Shown piece by piece: positions 14,975 to 26,845 of a DNA stretch of 64,000 bases. The stretch lies in NCBI GenBank assembly GCA_964016885.1, contig OZ024746.1:14570001-14634000 (forward strand). Direction: 5' to 3'. This stretch comes from Eledone cirrhosa. Lineage: Eukaryota. The notes below the pieces were generated by a model. The model made no database searches. It saw nothing but the letters and a program-made list of their open reading frames with translations, and was not told the origin of the DNA. The first letter of the stretch is position 1. Each line of letters starts with the position of its first letter. Position numbers and translations under genes: made by a program.

Positions 14975-16722
14975 GTATGTTATGTTGGTAATTAGTAATT
15001 AATTAAGATATGTATTAAGGTGTGCGCTAGCAGTACAAGTGTATTATAAAGTTATATCTACATAAATACTGTGTAACTGAGACTACAATAATATATGTCT
15101 TAATTAATTACTAATACGAGCGCTAGTTATATGCAAATTAGTACGTCCATTACAACATAGTAATATTTTTGAATGGGTATATATCCTCATCAAATACATG
15201 TTTCCTTGGGGCTGGTTCGATTATATACACGTCATCTGGTGAAGGTCAAAGAAAATTCGTGTATGTATATATATATATGTGTGTGTGTGTGTGTATAAAT
15301 CATTGATTATCCCGCCAATTTCGACGTATATGGGTCCAATAGCCAGGAAATGGAATAGTGAATAGCGGTGAAATTACATAATACTATTAGAGCTGTTAAC
15401 CTACACAGAACAATTGTTTTTAGTGGAGAGGCCGTGTGAATAACCAGTCGAACCTTTTGGGAATGCTGATGGCAGAAAGCTGCAAATATTTGCAACAAAC
15501 TTAATGGATTTTTCTTATAAGAGTTCTCTATCACCTAGGTTAGTTGTTTTCACAACGGCTTTAATTCCAAGCCATCTTAATAGGCTAAATGCGCGCCTGG
15601 GCACTGAACCAAAAATGTCTAAGTCCTCGTGTATGTCTACGAAATTTAACTGTAATATTACATTACTTCTAGTTGGAAGTGCTAGTGTAAAATTTAACAA
15701 TATTTATTTAAGGAGTTTACCATGCAGACTGAATAAAATATATTATTCAGTTACACTGAATTCCTAATTAGGCAAGAAATCTAAAGAATTAATGGAGATC
15801 TTGTCATGTCAGAGTAATTCTCAATGCACGTTATCGTTCGTGTTCTTCAAAATGGAGTGCAGTTCTTGTTCATAAGCATGAATTACCTTATGGTGTTTAT
15901 TACCTAATAATAAAAATGTTACCGTGCCAAATACTAAGAAGTCAGAAATTACATTATAATTTTCTAATGTGTAGTTCAGTATACGAATTTAATGTATTAT
16001 ATGTAGCTTAAAGTCTAATTAATTTAACTGTAGAGAAAAATTGTATTTATGACCTGAACATTTCTGCCATTTAAATGAATAACCTTAATTATAATATTGT
16101 CAAATTTACTCCAGTAAGTTATGAAGAATCTTTCCGATATGTCAGCATCGTAAATACAGATGACTTATTGAACTCTTTTTCTGTGTACTTTATTATAGAC
16201 ACATGATACCTTAAGAAAATTCAACTTTAAATATTTCGAATTCGTCTTCAAAGGAATATATAGTATAAAGAGGAAATTTAATTAAATTACTATTAAATTC
16301 GCGTTCGCAAGTGATTTCAATAGAAATTTGCTACGGTCTTTAAATTTCATTTGTTTTCTTCTGCTGTCATTTGATGCTTCGACCTGTCAAATGCAGATAA
16401 GGAACTAAAAGAGCATAGCATAAGCTTGCATCATCAATTGGTTATATTTAATCGAATTCAACAGAGGGTAATAATCCACAACAAAACCCAGTTATCCAAT
16501 GAAATGCAAATAATTAACCTTTGATCCCACAAAATCACTCTTCAAGCTTTATTTCTAAGTAAACTATCGTTTTAATTATTTTTCTAATATCATCTATTAC
16601 GAATCTAAATTAATTACTCGAATATTTACCAAACCTACTTCTAGTATTTTATCAGGAGATATCGTTAACTTCATATAGTCTGTTAGTGGAAATTCGATAA
16701 CACTCTCCACTTATCATATGCT

Positions 16723-17912
16723 CAGACTCAGACTCAGAAACTCCCGCGTCTTGCGACGCATGGGGCAATCATAGTGTTCCACCGTGTTCGGTCAGCAGCC
16801 AGTTGCAAAGCGTCCCGCCATTGTCTGTTTGTCGCTCGCAGGTCCCTCTCAACTGTCTGGCGCCAGTTCATTTTGGGTCGCCCTCTCCGTCTGCTTCCCT
16901 GTGGGTTCCATTTAAGTACTTGGTTCGCCAGTCTCTCCGAGGGAAGTCTCAAAGCGTGCCCAAACCAGCCCAGGCGTCGCAGATGGCAGAAGAGACTAGC
17001 TGCTGGTTGGTACGGTTCCTGACTTCCTGGTTTGTTACATGGTCGCTCCATTTAATCCCCAGGATCTTTCGCAGACACCTGGAATCGAATGCGTCCAACT
17101 TCTTCTCTTGGCTGGTCTTAAGGTGCCATGTTTCACTTCCGTACAAGAGTGTGGACAACACGTTGCTGTTGTAGAATCTCATCTTTGTTTTGAGGGTGAA
17201 CTTCCTGCTCTTCCAGATCTTGACAAGCTGGTTAAATGCTGCTGAAGCCTTTCCCATTCTACATTGCAATTCACTGTCCATGGCGCCCCCATTGTCAATG
17301 GGGCTTCCTAGGTAGGTGAAGTTGTCCACTATCTCCACCTCCCCCTGTTCAATGAAAACACTAGTTGGTGATGGGTGTGTCCCAGATAACATGCTTTTGG
17401 TCTTCTTAGCACTGATATTGAGACCTAAGCTTCCTGCTTCGACATTGATATTGTTCATAATGATTTGCAGGTCAGCTGTGCTCTCTGCAAGTGCAACAAT
17501 ATCGTCCGCAAAGTCCAGGTCAGACAACTTTTGCTCTCCCACCCAAGATATACCCTGGTCTTTAGACGTTCTTCTTAGTACCCAGTCAATGGCTATGGCA
17601 AAGAGAATTGGAGAGAGCGAGCAACCCTGACGCACACCAGTAACCACCTCAAACCAGTCACTGTAACCATCCTCTGTCCGTATGCAGCATTTGGAGTTTG
17701 CGTAAATCTGTTTGATTGCCGAAATGACTTTCTGGGGCAGACCATACTCATGCATGATGCTCCAGAGCGACGGTCGATGAATGCTATCGAATGCTTTGGA
17801 GAAATCGATGAAACTGACGGCGAGGGGCCTCTGGAATTCGTTGTACCCCTCAATGATGCGGCGTAACGTAAAGATCTGCTCTGCACAGGAACGTTTTGGT
17901 CGGAACCCTGCC
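16723..17912 (-). mobile_element. 5'-truncated RTE-clade LINE (RT and C-terminus), frameshifted
   Basis: Motifs GVRQGCSLSPILF, DLDFADD, FTYLGS, LYGSETW, GWFGH, GRPKMNW. (CTGAGT)n 3' tail. 11-bp TSD tatcatatgct at 16712-16722 and 17913-17923. Confidence 0.93.
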
Positions 17913-18143
17913 TATCATATGCTACGGATGAAGAATTATTTTTCACCATTATATCATAATTCCAGATATACATGTTTCTCAAAATTTCATTATATTTATA
18001 CAAAAATATTTTTTAACGTTTGTTAGTTCAATAAATATAATAATGAAGCAGATAATTTCTCGATTAGTTTCTTTCTTTCTGTAAATAAGTTAATAATTTT
18101 AAAAAAACACACACACACACACATACACACACACACACATACA

Positions 18144-18452
18144 TCACCTTGACTGACCAGTCTGTCGGGCGCCAATCGGCGCCGCTGGTGACAGCACGTC
18201 GTGCTGTTTTAGCCATAATATAACGCCATCCCACTGGCTGGGCAGGCAGGCCGGTATTCATTTCTACAGCTGAGTAAACTGGAGCAACGTGAAATAAAGT
18301 GTCTTGCTCTAGGAAACAACACATTACCCGGTCCGAGAATTGAACTCACAACCTTTCGATTGCAAGCCCAACGCTTTAACAACTATATATATTATTATAT
18401 TTATTATTATTACTATATATATATATATATATATATTATGCGCCTTCACATA
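18144..18452 (-). mobile_element. tRNA-derived SINE family B (CORE-like centre), head interrupted by a TA-rich insert
   Basis: tRNA-like head (gaaggcgcat..tagt.gttaaagcgtt..gagttcaattc) followed by gcaagacactttatttcacgttgctccagtttactcagctg. The tail is shared with 34857-34965. Confidence 0.8.
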
Positions 18453-18612
18453 TATATGTATATATGTGTGTGAAGGCGCATGGCTTAGTGGTTAAAGCAT
18501 TGGGCTTGCAATATATATATATACATATATATAATGGTGTTGGATGCTTAAAGCGTCCGTATGCGGTAGGTAATAAATTCCATTCGTCGCAACACTGATT
18601 CTCTTTTTTTCT

Positions 18613-18675
<63 letters not shown>

Positions 18676-18679
18676 TGTA

Positions 18680-18789
18680 TATTGTAGCAACATGGCTGAG
18701 ATAGGAAGTGTCTTGTGTGTATATGTGAATGTGTATGTATGTTCATATGCAAACATGACACTTCCTATCTCAGCCATGTTGCTACAATA
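18680..18789. repeat. 33-bp perfect inverted repeat with 44-nt TG/TA-rich spacer
   Basis: tattgtagcaacatggctgagataggaagtgtc (18680-18712) and gacacttcctatctcagccatgttgctacaata (18757-18789). Confidence 0.9.
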
Positions 18790-19429
18790 AAATATTCGCC
18801 TTCCAACCACAAAGCCCTACGTTCTAACGCTACATTCATCCCTGTAAAACGTTATTTCTCCAAAGTTAATCATACATTGAATTATGTATGTCATTTATAA
18901 ATATATGCTGAACATTTATGTAATTATATCCTGGAAATAAGAATTTAATTATCATTCATATATTTAATTACTTCCACGTGTCATTATGCGAACAACTAAT
19001 TTATCAAAATGCAAATTTCCCAGTTTGTTTGATTTTCCATATATCCAGTAGTCTTGGTATATATGGATTACCGATCCTGAACTCCAAACTTTAAATACGT
19101 TCAACGTTATTTTCGCCATTATTGATGGCATGGGTTTACTGGTAAATATATATAATAATAATAAAAAAACATCATAAATTGCGATATTCATGAGAGGTTT
19201 TCAATAATAACTATTTCTGTGAACTCGATTTGTTTTGTCAACCATTCATTTTAAAATTGTAGATGACATCGAATTAAGTTTTTTGCAACAGAGAAGTAGA
19301 AACTTCACACTCGTGAATGTATTTAATCCAAAAGTATTTGCGTCAATTTTTATTTAATTTTGGCTGAGGAAGCTCACGGCTGTACTTTATATTATATCTC
19401 TTGACGTTTACAGTTTGTTTATGTCCTTA

Positions 19430-19572
19430 ACTAGGGGTTTGACAAGAGAGGTTGATAGAATAAGTACCAGACATGAAAGAATAAGTACTGGGGTCGATAT
19501 GATTGATTAACTCCCTTCAAAGCAGTACACACAGCAGGCCGCTGTCTAATTTCTGAAACCAATAAAAGAATA
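19430..19572 (+). mobile_element. Degraded SINE 3' portion (similar piece at ~47080-47170)
   Basis: gatagaataagtaccag...taagtactggggtcgat...aataaaaga. Confidence 0.55.
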
Positions 19573-20118
19573 TGTTTTGTTTATTATTTTACTGATTTAT
19601 GTTTGAAACTCAGCTATGCTGGAGTGTATCAAGGCTTTTCAAAAATAAATCGCAGAATACCTTTGAAATTTACTGAGTGCTTCGTATTTAGCTTAATGAA
19701 TACCATATTCTATAAGAGTACGCTTGAATCCTCAAATCTTTCTTGATCTTCTTAATTTTTAATATGCCTTCTTTCTTCTTCTTTATCTTCTTCTTCTCCT
19801 CCTCCTTCTTCTTCGTCTCTTCTTCGTTATCTTCTTCTTCTCCTCCTCCTCCTTCTTCTTCGTGTCTTCTTCTTCTTCTACTTCTTCATATCCTTCTACT
19901 TCTTCACATGTGGCAATCACCATATTTCATTTTATGTTCACTTAAATCAATAATCTCATATTACATTAATTTAGATTCATTAAAATAATTCTCTTTCATA
20001 TTTTTTAATCATGATAAAATACTTTCATTTTCTTTAACTAATAAATCATCCGAAATTTACATGCACACTTCCATGGGGAAACTTTCATTTTCATATATAT
20101 ATGTGGGGGGGGGGGGGG

Positions 20119-20397
20119 TCTAAAGTCTATCTTAAGCCAGAAGGCTCATTTGGTCGGTGCTTATCCCGGTTTCATGGCATGAAGCGACTGAGAGTACAAT
20201 ACTCCAGTCATCGACAGGACGCCAGTTCATCGCAGGGTTAAACCTCCAGCTATTGCTGGTACTCATTTTCAGCTGAGTATACTGGAGCAATGTGAAATGA
20301 AGTGTTTTGCTCAAGAACGCAACACGCAACCCAGGAATCGAACCCACGACATTATGATCGTAAGTCCAACACCCTCACCACTAGGCCACCTGCCTCC
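20119..20397 (-). mobile_element. SINE family B, alternative tail
   Basis: B-box ggttcgattcc and family B core; full-length similarity to 60057-60340. Confidence 0.85.
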
Positions 20398-20485
<88 letters not shown>

Positions 20486-20553
20486 CTATCCGGTATGGTA
20501 AATACAGGTACAAAAGCATACATTTATATATATACACACATACATATGTGTAT

Positions 20554-20586
<33 letters not shown>

Positions 20587-20588
<2 letters not shown>

Positions 20589-20751
20589 ACCCGCTCCGTT
20601 GAAAGAGACTGGTTATAAACAAAGTATTGGAGATCGATTGGCGCAAAATCAGGCGTATAGCGAACTCTGGACCTGCCAGATCAAAGAAACAATTGTCAGC
20701 AATGTGAATAAAGCCCTTATTGTATAGCGAACCATGTCAATCTTCTTTCTT
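20587..20751 (+). mobile_element. Degenerate long-stem-II hammerhead element, family 5 solo copy
   Basis: gct-CCGTTGA...GAAAC-aatt-GTC-agc (20593-20700). Shares gtattggagatcga and the 3' segment with 54024-54288. Flanked by (TA)n. Confidence 0.65.
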
Positions 20752-20777
20752 GAAATATATATATATATATATATATA

Positions 20778-20829
20778 AGAAAAAGTATGACCCGACGGCA
20801 GAGCTCAAGCCGTTTCGACGGTTATTTCT
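20778..20829 (-). mobile_element. Family-4 hammerhead 3'-half fragment
   Basis: Reverse complement reads ccgtcGAAACggcttgagctctgccGTCggg, matching 60657-60688. Confidence 0.75.
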
Positions 20830-20972
20830 GAAGCTACTTCAAAAACATCTTAAGATTAAAATTTAAATAAAGGACACAATATTTTTCTCGATGTGTTAAA
20901 AATAAAACTCAAGATAGCTCCAATAACATTAAATAGTGGATTGATCTTGAAATTACAGCTAGTGGAAGCAAC

Positions 20973-21012
<40 letters not shown>

Positions 21013-21156
21013 GTTGCTTCCACTAGCTGTAATTTCAAGATCAATCCACTATTTAATGTTATTGGAGCTATCTTGAGTTTTATTTTTAACACATCGAGAA
21101 AAATATTGTGTCCTTTATTTTTATTTTAATCTTAAAATGTTTTTGAAGTAGCTTCA
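20829..21156. repeat. 328-bp near-perfect palindrome centred on (TA)19
   Basis: Arms 20829-20973/21012-21156 (145 bp, 3 mismatches seen). Produces the mirrored ORFs 20856-21092 and 20893-21129. Confidence 0.95.
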
Positions 21157-22054
21157 TTATAAATAAATGCAAAACTAAATCGTGTGCATGTTAATCATAT
21201 ACTTTACTATTTAAATGGTAGAACTATTGAATTCTTTACTATTTAAATGGTAGAACTATTGTAATTCACTGAAATCACTGAAGCCGAAAAATATATAGAA
21301 AACGCATCTATTCATGTCATTGAATATATATTTATTGTGCATGAGTAAATGTGCCTATACATATTTAGTATATACACGTATATTTGTACACATGTACTTA
21401 TTTTCAATCTATATTTATAAACGTTTCCTTGTAGCTATATGTATGAGGTTTCAAGAGTGTATGAGTGTCTGTGTTGTCTCTTTTAGTATTTTTATTATGT
21501 TATTTGGTTATCAAATTACTTCCCAAGCGTGCTAGCTTCTCATAAAAATATTCAGTAATTCAATCTACGTGATTTAACCAGCATTTAAACATTTTCATTG
21601 TCTTATATCGTATCACACATAGCTATATATGTACTATGTATGCAAGTTTATATGTATGTATACATCCAGTATATGTAAATGTTTGGTTATTAAATTACGG
21701 GACATTGAAAAAGACAAATATGATTTTATATTGTGACAAGAAATGGTATTTATTGAATGATTAAATCGAGAAAAGTTTACTAATATTTTGTAATTTAGCA
21801 AGTTATGGAGAAACGAATACTAAATTTTGAAAAAAAAACGTTATGTTTCTACTCACTACTACATATGAATATAATTATTCGCACTATAAAACAACAATAT
21901 TTCGGCATTCCAACATTTAATGTATATTTTATCAAAGACAATTTTTAAAAAATGAAAAGAGAATGAGTTATTAAATTTGTTTATGTGTATAAAACTTACT
22001 TTTTATCGTAAATATATGTAATAATGTTGTATAGCTTCACCAAATTCACACATG

Positions 22055-22652
22055 CATACATACATACATACATACATACATACATACATACATACATACA
22101 TACATACATACATACATACATACATACATACATACATACATACATACATACATGCATGCATATATATATACGAACAATTCATCTAAACAAATAGGAAATG
22201 AAACATGAATCGTAGAATTTTAAAACAAGTAAATTACAAGATGTCTATCATAAATTTACACCTTTGTTTAGTATATGGCCTGAAGATTCTTTAGATATTG
22301 CACTTAATATTTCATTATATTTATTTCCACTATTTAATGTTTTGATATCAAATATTACTTGTTGACTTCCATCTTGATTCCCTTTAAAATAAATAGCAAT
22401 ATATTCTAGCTGCTTTCAGCCGACAATTTACCCTCTTTTAAAATGTGTGACTAACCTCACTAAATATGACAGAGCACAGAGGTGTGGATAAAATCTTCCG
22501 TTTGTCACCAGTTGGTTCCGGCTGTAACTGTGAGACAGATATTATCTACTAGACTTGTAAGTAAAATTTGGTTGGCGGAAACTAAGTGACGTGTGTGTGT
22601 GTGTCTGTGTGTGTGTGTCTGTCTGTACGTATGTATGTGTGTGTGTGTGTCT

Positions 22653-22749
<97 letters not shown>

Positions 22750-22790
22750 TGTGTGTCTGCGTTTGTGTGTGTGTGCGCGTGTGTGTGTGT
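22055..22790. repeat. (TACA)n at 22055-22152 and (TG)n at 22590-22790
   Basis: Directly visible. Confidence 0.9.
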
Positions 22791-24477
22791 GAATGATTGA
22801 TGTCAGAATTGATGCGTTGAACGAAATTACTTTATGGCCTTTAATTCTGTACAAATTTCATATTTTATACCCAAGTAAAATTCCATTCAAATCTCATCCT
22901 AGTTTATCACAGAGAAACCTTTAACAACATATGAAGACGCCACCAGAAACCGAGAATGGCAAAGACTCGAAGCTGATTCTACCCCTCCCCCAAAAAATAT
23001 TAATGTTTTACACATGTGCAACTAAACAATAGTATTTACAAAACCACCACATATACTTGTATTTGTTTCAAGTAAAACAGAATTTTTAAAATAAGCAGTG
23101 AACACGAATGAAAAAGGAAAGGGTTAATTTAAACGTAACATAATTTTAAAAGAATTTTATATGTAAACTTTTGAAAGAAACATTCGATATTAAATTATCT
23201 GTTAAATTATCAGATTTGATTAACGAACCAAAATATAGTGAAACAGCAAGGTAGATGTCGAAATCAATAAATTAAAATAATACATTCGAAATAATCTATC
23301 CAATTTAAATGTCAATCTTACATACATTTTATTTCAAAAGATATAACTAAATTCATGGAACAAATTGATACTTCTTCTTCTTCTCTCGTATATACCGTTT
23401 AACATTATTATTAATGAAAGTTGCAGTTGAATGGTCAACTGATATATTAAGAGAAAAGACAGATAAACTTGAACAAAAAAGATAAAACTTGGGCATGTGT
23501 CAATGTGAGGTGACCACTGTTAAGATTAATGCGAGAGACGGAAATGTCTGACAGATATGAAATGAATTTTGATTTGGAAACGTAAGAAAACCTTTGACAG
23601 ATATAAAGTTGTAAGTGATACTGAAAAATATTGACAATAACATAGCGAATGTCAATTACGGTTACGTAACAAGTAAATGGATTTCATTTAACTAACAGAA
23701 CGTAACGACGTGTTCTTACTCGTCAAAAGCTTTCAAAATTCAGATATATCTCAGAAAGTTTCATATCATATTTTATTTCGCTTTCTCTGTATTATTTTTT
23801 GTTTTATTTATTTAGTATCTTTTCTTGTAGTCTGTGTCGTCTCTTTTCGATCTTATTTATCTATGCAAATGCGATTTCTTTTCACTGACAATTTGTTTGT
23901 ATGTTCTTAAATGTTTAGCAAACTATTATTGATTTAGAGACTCTTTAAGAGATTACAAAAACAAGGTTCGCGAGAGAGAAGGACATCATTTTGTGTCTGA
24001 CGTTATCAATATAAAAATGCTAGATTCGTGTGTCAAAAAGAAAGAATCCCATATTGTTTTTATAAATCCATTATTTTGTTATAAATTTGATTAGAATGCA
24101 CAAATGCCGGAAACACTTTTGTAAATTAGATTAGAATGCTCAAATGTTGGAAATTCCAACCGAATATATTGAATATACCATTCTAATACATGTATACCTT
24201 CTTTTCAACTGGCAGAATACACGAGTATTCTGCCAGTTAACCAAAAATGTAACACGCTGCCTTAGAATATATTCTTTTGGAATTCTGAAGTCTTTCTTCC
24301 CAAAATAGTCTCCACTTTATTTTTTACTATGGTTATAAATTAGCTAGAATAAACATACTTGGCCTGTGGTTGTAGTTACGTGTGGTATAATAATAATGTT
24401 AAAGCTACATTAGTAGTGTCCTAAATTAATACTTACTTCAATACAATTAACGATCTTCAATCATTTTTGTGACAGAA

Positions 24478-24655
24478 CTTCTTCTTCTTCGCCCACTTAT
24501 TCATGGAGAGGTCATCTAGGCAGAGTCCTCAAGCACGTCTTCCAGGGAGTCCTGTCAGATGCAACTGTTTCCAGTTCATCCGGCTGGATACCCAAGCGAG
24601 ACCAGCTGAAATCATGGATGTTATCCAACCCTCATATTCGGGGTCTACTCTTGGT
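24478..24655 (-). mobile_element. RTE-type LINE 3' end with (GAA)n tail
   Basis: Minus-strand translation ...LDNIHDFSWSRLGIQPDELETVASDRTPWKTCL resembles RTE C-termini; cttcttcttcttc tail at 24478-24490. Confidence 0.65.
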
Positions 24656-24779
24656 TTTTTTTAAAAACATCAGTTGATCGCGAGAAACTAAAAGCCTATT
24701 GTTGTTTATCTGAAAGAAAACTCAGCGATGTAAAGTTCTGAACCAATTAGGAATCGATTGAGGCCTCAAATATTTACTA

Positions 24780-24945
24780 AAAGGAGGTAGAAGGATCTGC
24801 CGGTTCTCCGTGGTTCTTAAAAACTGGAACTACAGAAAAGAATTTCCAGCAAGGCTGAAAGCAAGAATCGGCGAGGCGTTTGCTGTAAAGTTTAGATAGA
24901 ACAGGAGCTAGTTCAGGAGAACATCTCTGTAAGACTACCTTGAAC
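24780..24945 (-). pseudogene. CR1/Jockey-like LINE RT N-terminal fragment
   Basis: VLQRCSPELAPVLSKLYSKRLADSCFQPCWK..VVPVFKNHGEPADPS matches the non-LTR RT pre-domain (P..WK...V.PI.K.G....P.NYRP). Confidence 0.75.
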
Positions 24946-26609
24946 ACATACTTTACTGTGATCAAGATTTGATATGACATAAAAGAAATCATGGAGGGAA
25001 TTATATCCATATCACACATGGCTTTATAAAAGAAGAAAAAAACAAGCGGTATCGCTGAAGTTTGATAACAGCCAGGGTGAAACTTTGCATGTTTTACTGC
25101 TCCGTTTATAGATTGTTCTTGTTGAGTTCTCTCTCAACTCGTCACTTGCTGTTACATTTATTTTGATTGTTTGTTGATATTTTGGATACTGCCGCTTATA
25201 ATCTGTCTAGGTGATACCATATGATACTTAAAGGCTACCTGGACTGATTGTAGGGGCTTTAATCCTATTTTCTTCAATGATATAGTCTGCTCCAAAATAT
25301 CCCTATTCTTGTGCAAGCTTCCACTTCATATTCTGTAGGTTTTGATATCTATGGAACTGATTTTTTTCCCTATAGATCAAATAATTATCCAAAATGTTGA
25401 TAGCAATATATTTATGTGTGTGTACGTTTGTATGTATGTATGAATGCATGTATATATGCATACATATACTTATGTATATATGTATGTATGTATATATGTA
25501 CACATACATTTTAATATATCATAAAATTAAACTGCTGTACGAGCAAGTTTGCGATGTTTATTCACTTCAATTTTCATTGCAAAATATATGAGCATTATAT
25601 TTCAATTACTAATATCTCAAAATCTGAATTGCCGTGCCAGTATAGTTAACACAATAATACTAAAAAACGTTTACTGTAAACGTTTTAAAACAATCAATCA
25701 GAAAAAGTAATGAACTGACAACCATTCTACCGTTTAAACTGAAAAGTGCACTGACTAAAACGTTTTCCAGCATTTACCCATTTTAATGCAGATTTTCTTT
25801 GTATGATTTAATTATAGAAAACTTGCAACAATTTTGTCTAGAAAATATATATATATATACTTTCATATCTATATTTTGAAGAAACATAAATAAGGTTCAA
25901 TAAAAAGAAATATGTCATATTAGATTAATGCGAATTAAAATTATTTTTTCTGAATTCTGTTGCCTTAGAGAATTCTGGTGTCTTATATTTTGTATAGAAG
26001 AAATAAATGTGTACATATACGAGTGCACAGAAGGAATATAAATAAATAGATAAATAAATAAATAGATAGATATATATGTATGTAAGAATATAATTTATAA
26101 TACATAAATGTTTTTTCCTTCAGGCAACCACTATAGACAATACTCTGGAGATAAATTTATACATAATTTCATTCCATTTTATTTACAAGAATTTGTGCAA
26201 TGCGCATGTATAGATATATATATATACGTTCAAGTTGATGTGTGGGATATATTTATGTTTAATTTATATGATCTATTAAAAGTACATAGCAAGTCAAAAT
26301 CGAGAAAATATTCACTTGATTTTCTAATTATTTCTTTATTGATGCGAATTCAATAATTTATAGGATTACTGCCACGTTTGCTTAATATATCAATTTATCA
26401 AGTTTAAATCATTTTTTCATTGCAGGTAACATTAATAATAACGGTTAATTTCATTCAATTTCAGTATTGTCTATATAAACGAATCTTTATTATAAATGTA
26501 CATGAAGGTGCATTTGGCCGAACCTTTTCTTTAATCTTTCCGTTTTAAAGCTTTGTCAAACGCCCAAATATATCCAAACTATGATGAAAAGTCTGAAATA
26601 TTTAGCTGA

Positions 26610-26845
26610 TTATTATGGGAATCGTTAGAGCGTTGAATAAAAATCCTCTATGTATTTGTTCCGGCTCCTTTTTCTGGAGTCGATAAAATATAATCGACTT
26701 TCTTCTCCTCATAAACTGCTAGCCTTGTTCCAAAATTAAAAAATAATAATTATTAAAATAAAGTACCAGTCACGCACTGGGGTCGATTCAATCGACTTTC
26801 CCCTCTCCCCAAAATTGCTGGCCTTGAACCTATATAATAAACCAT
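26610..26845 (+). mobile_element. Degraded SINE family A pieces
   Basis: aaaataaagtaccagtcacgcactggggtcgatt...ccccaaaattgctggccttg. Confidence 0.7.

Noticed and set aside
15307-15767. Overlapping 61-87 aa ORFs; FGSVPRRAF faintly RT-like
   Set aside because: Too little motif support to call either an exon or a TE.
20856-21129. Two nearly identical 78-aa ORFs on opposite strands (and the pair at 41174-41448)
   Set aside because: A by-product of the DNA palindromes; no protein motif is supportable.
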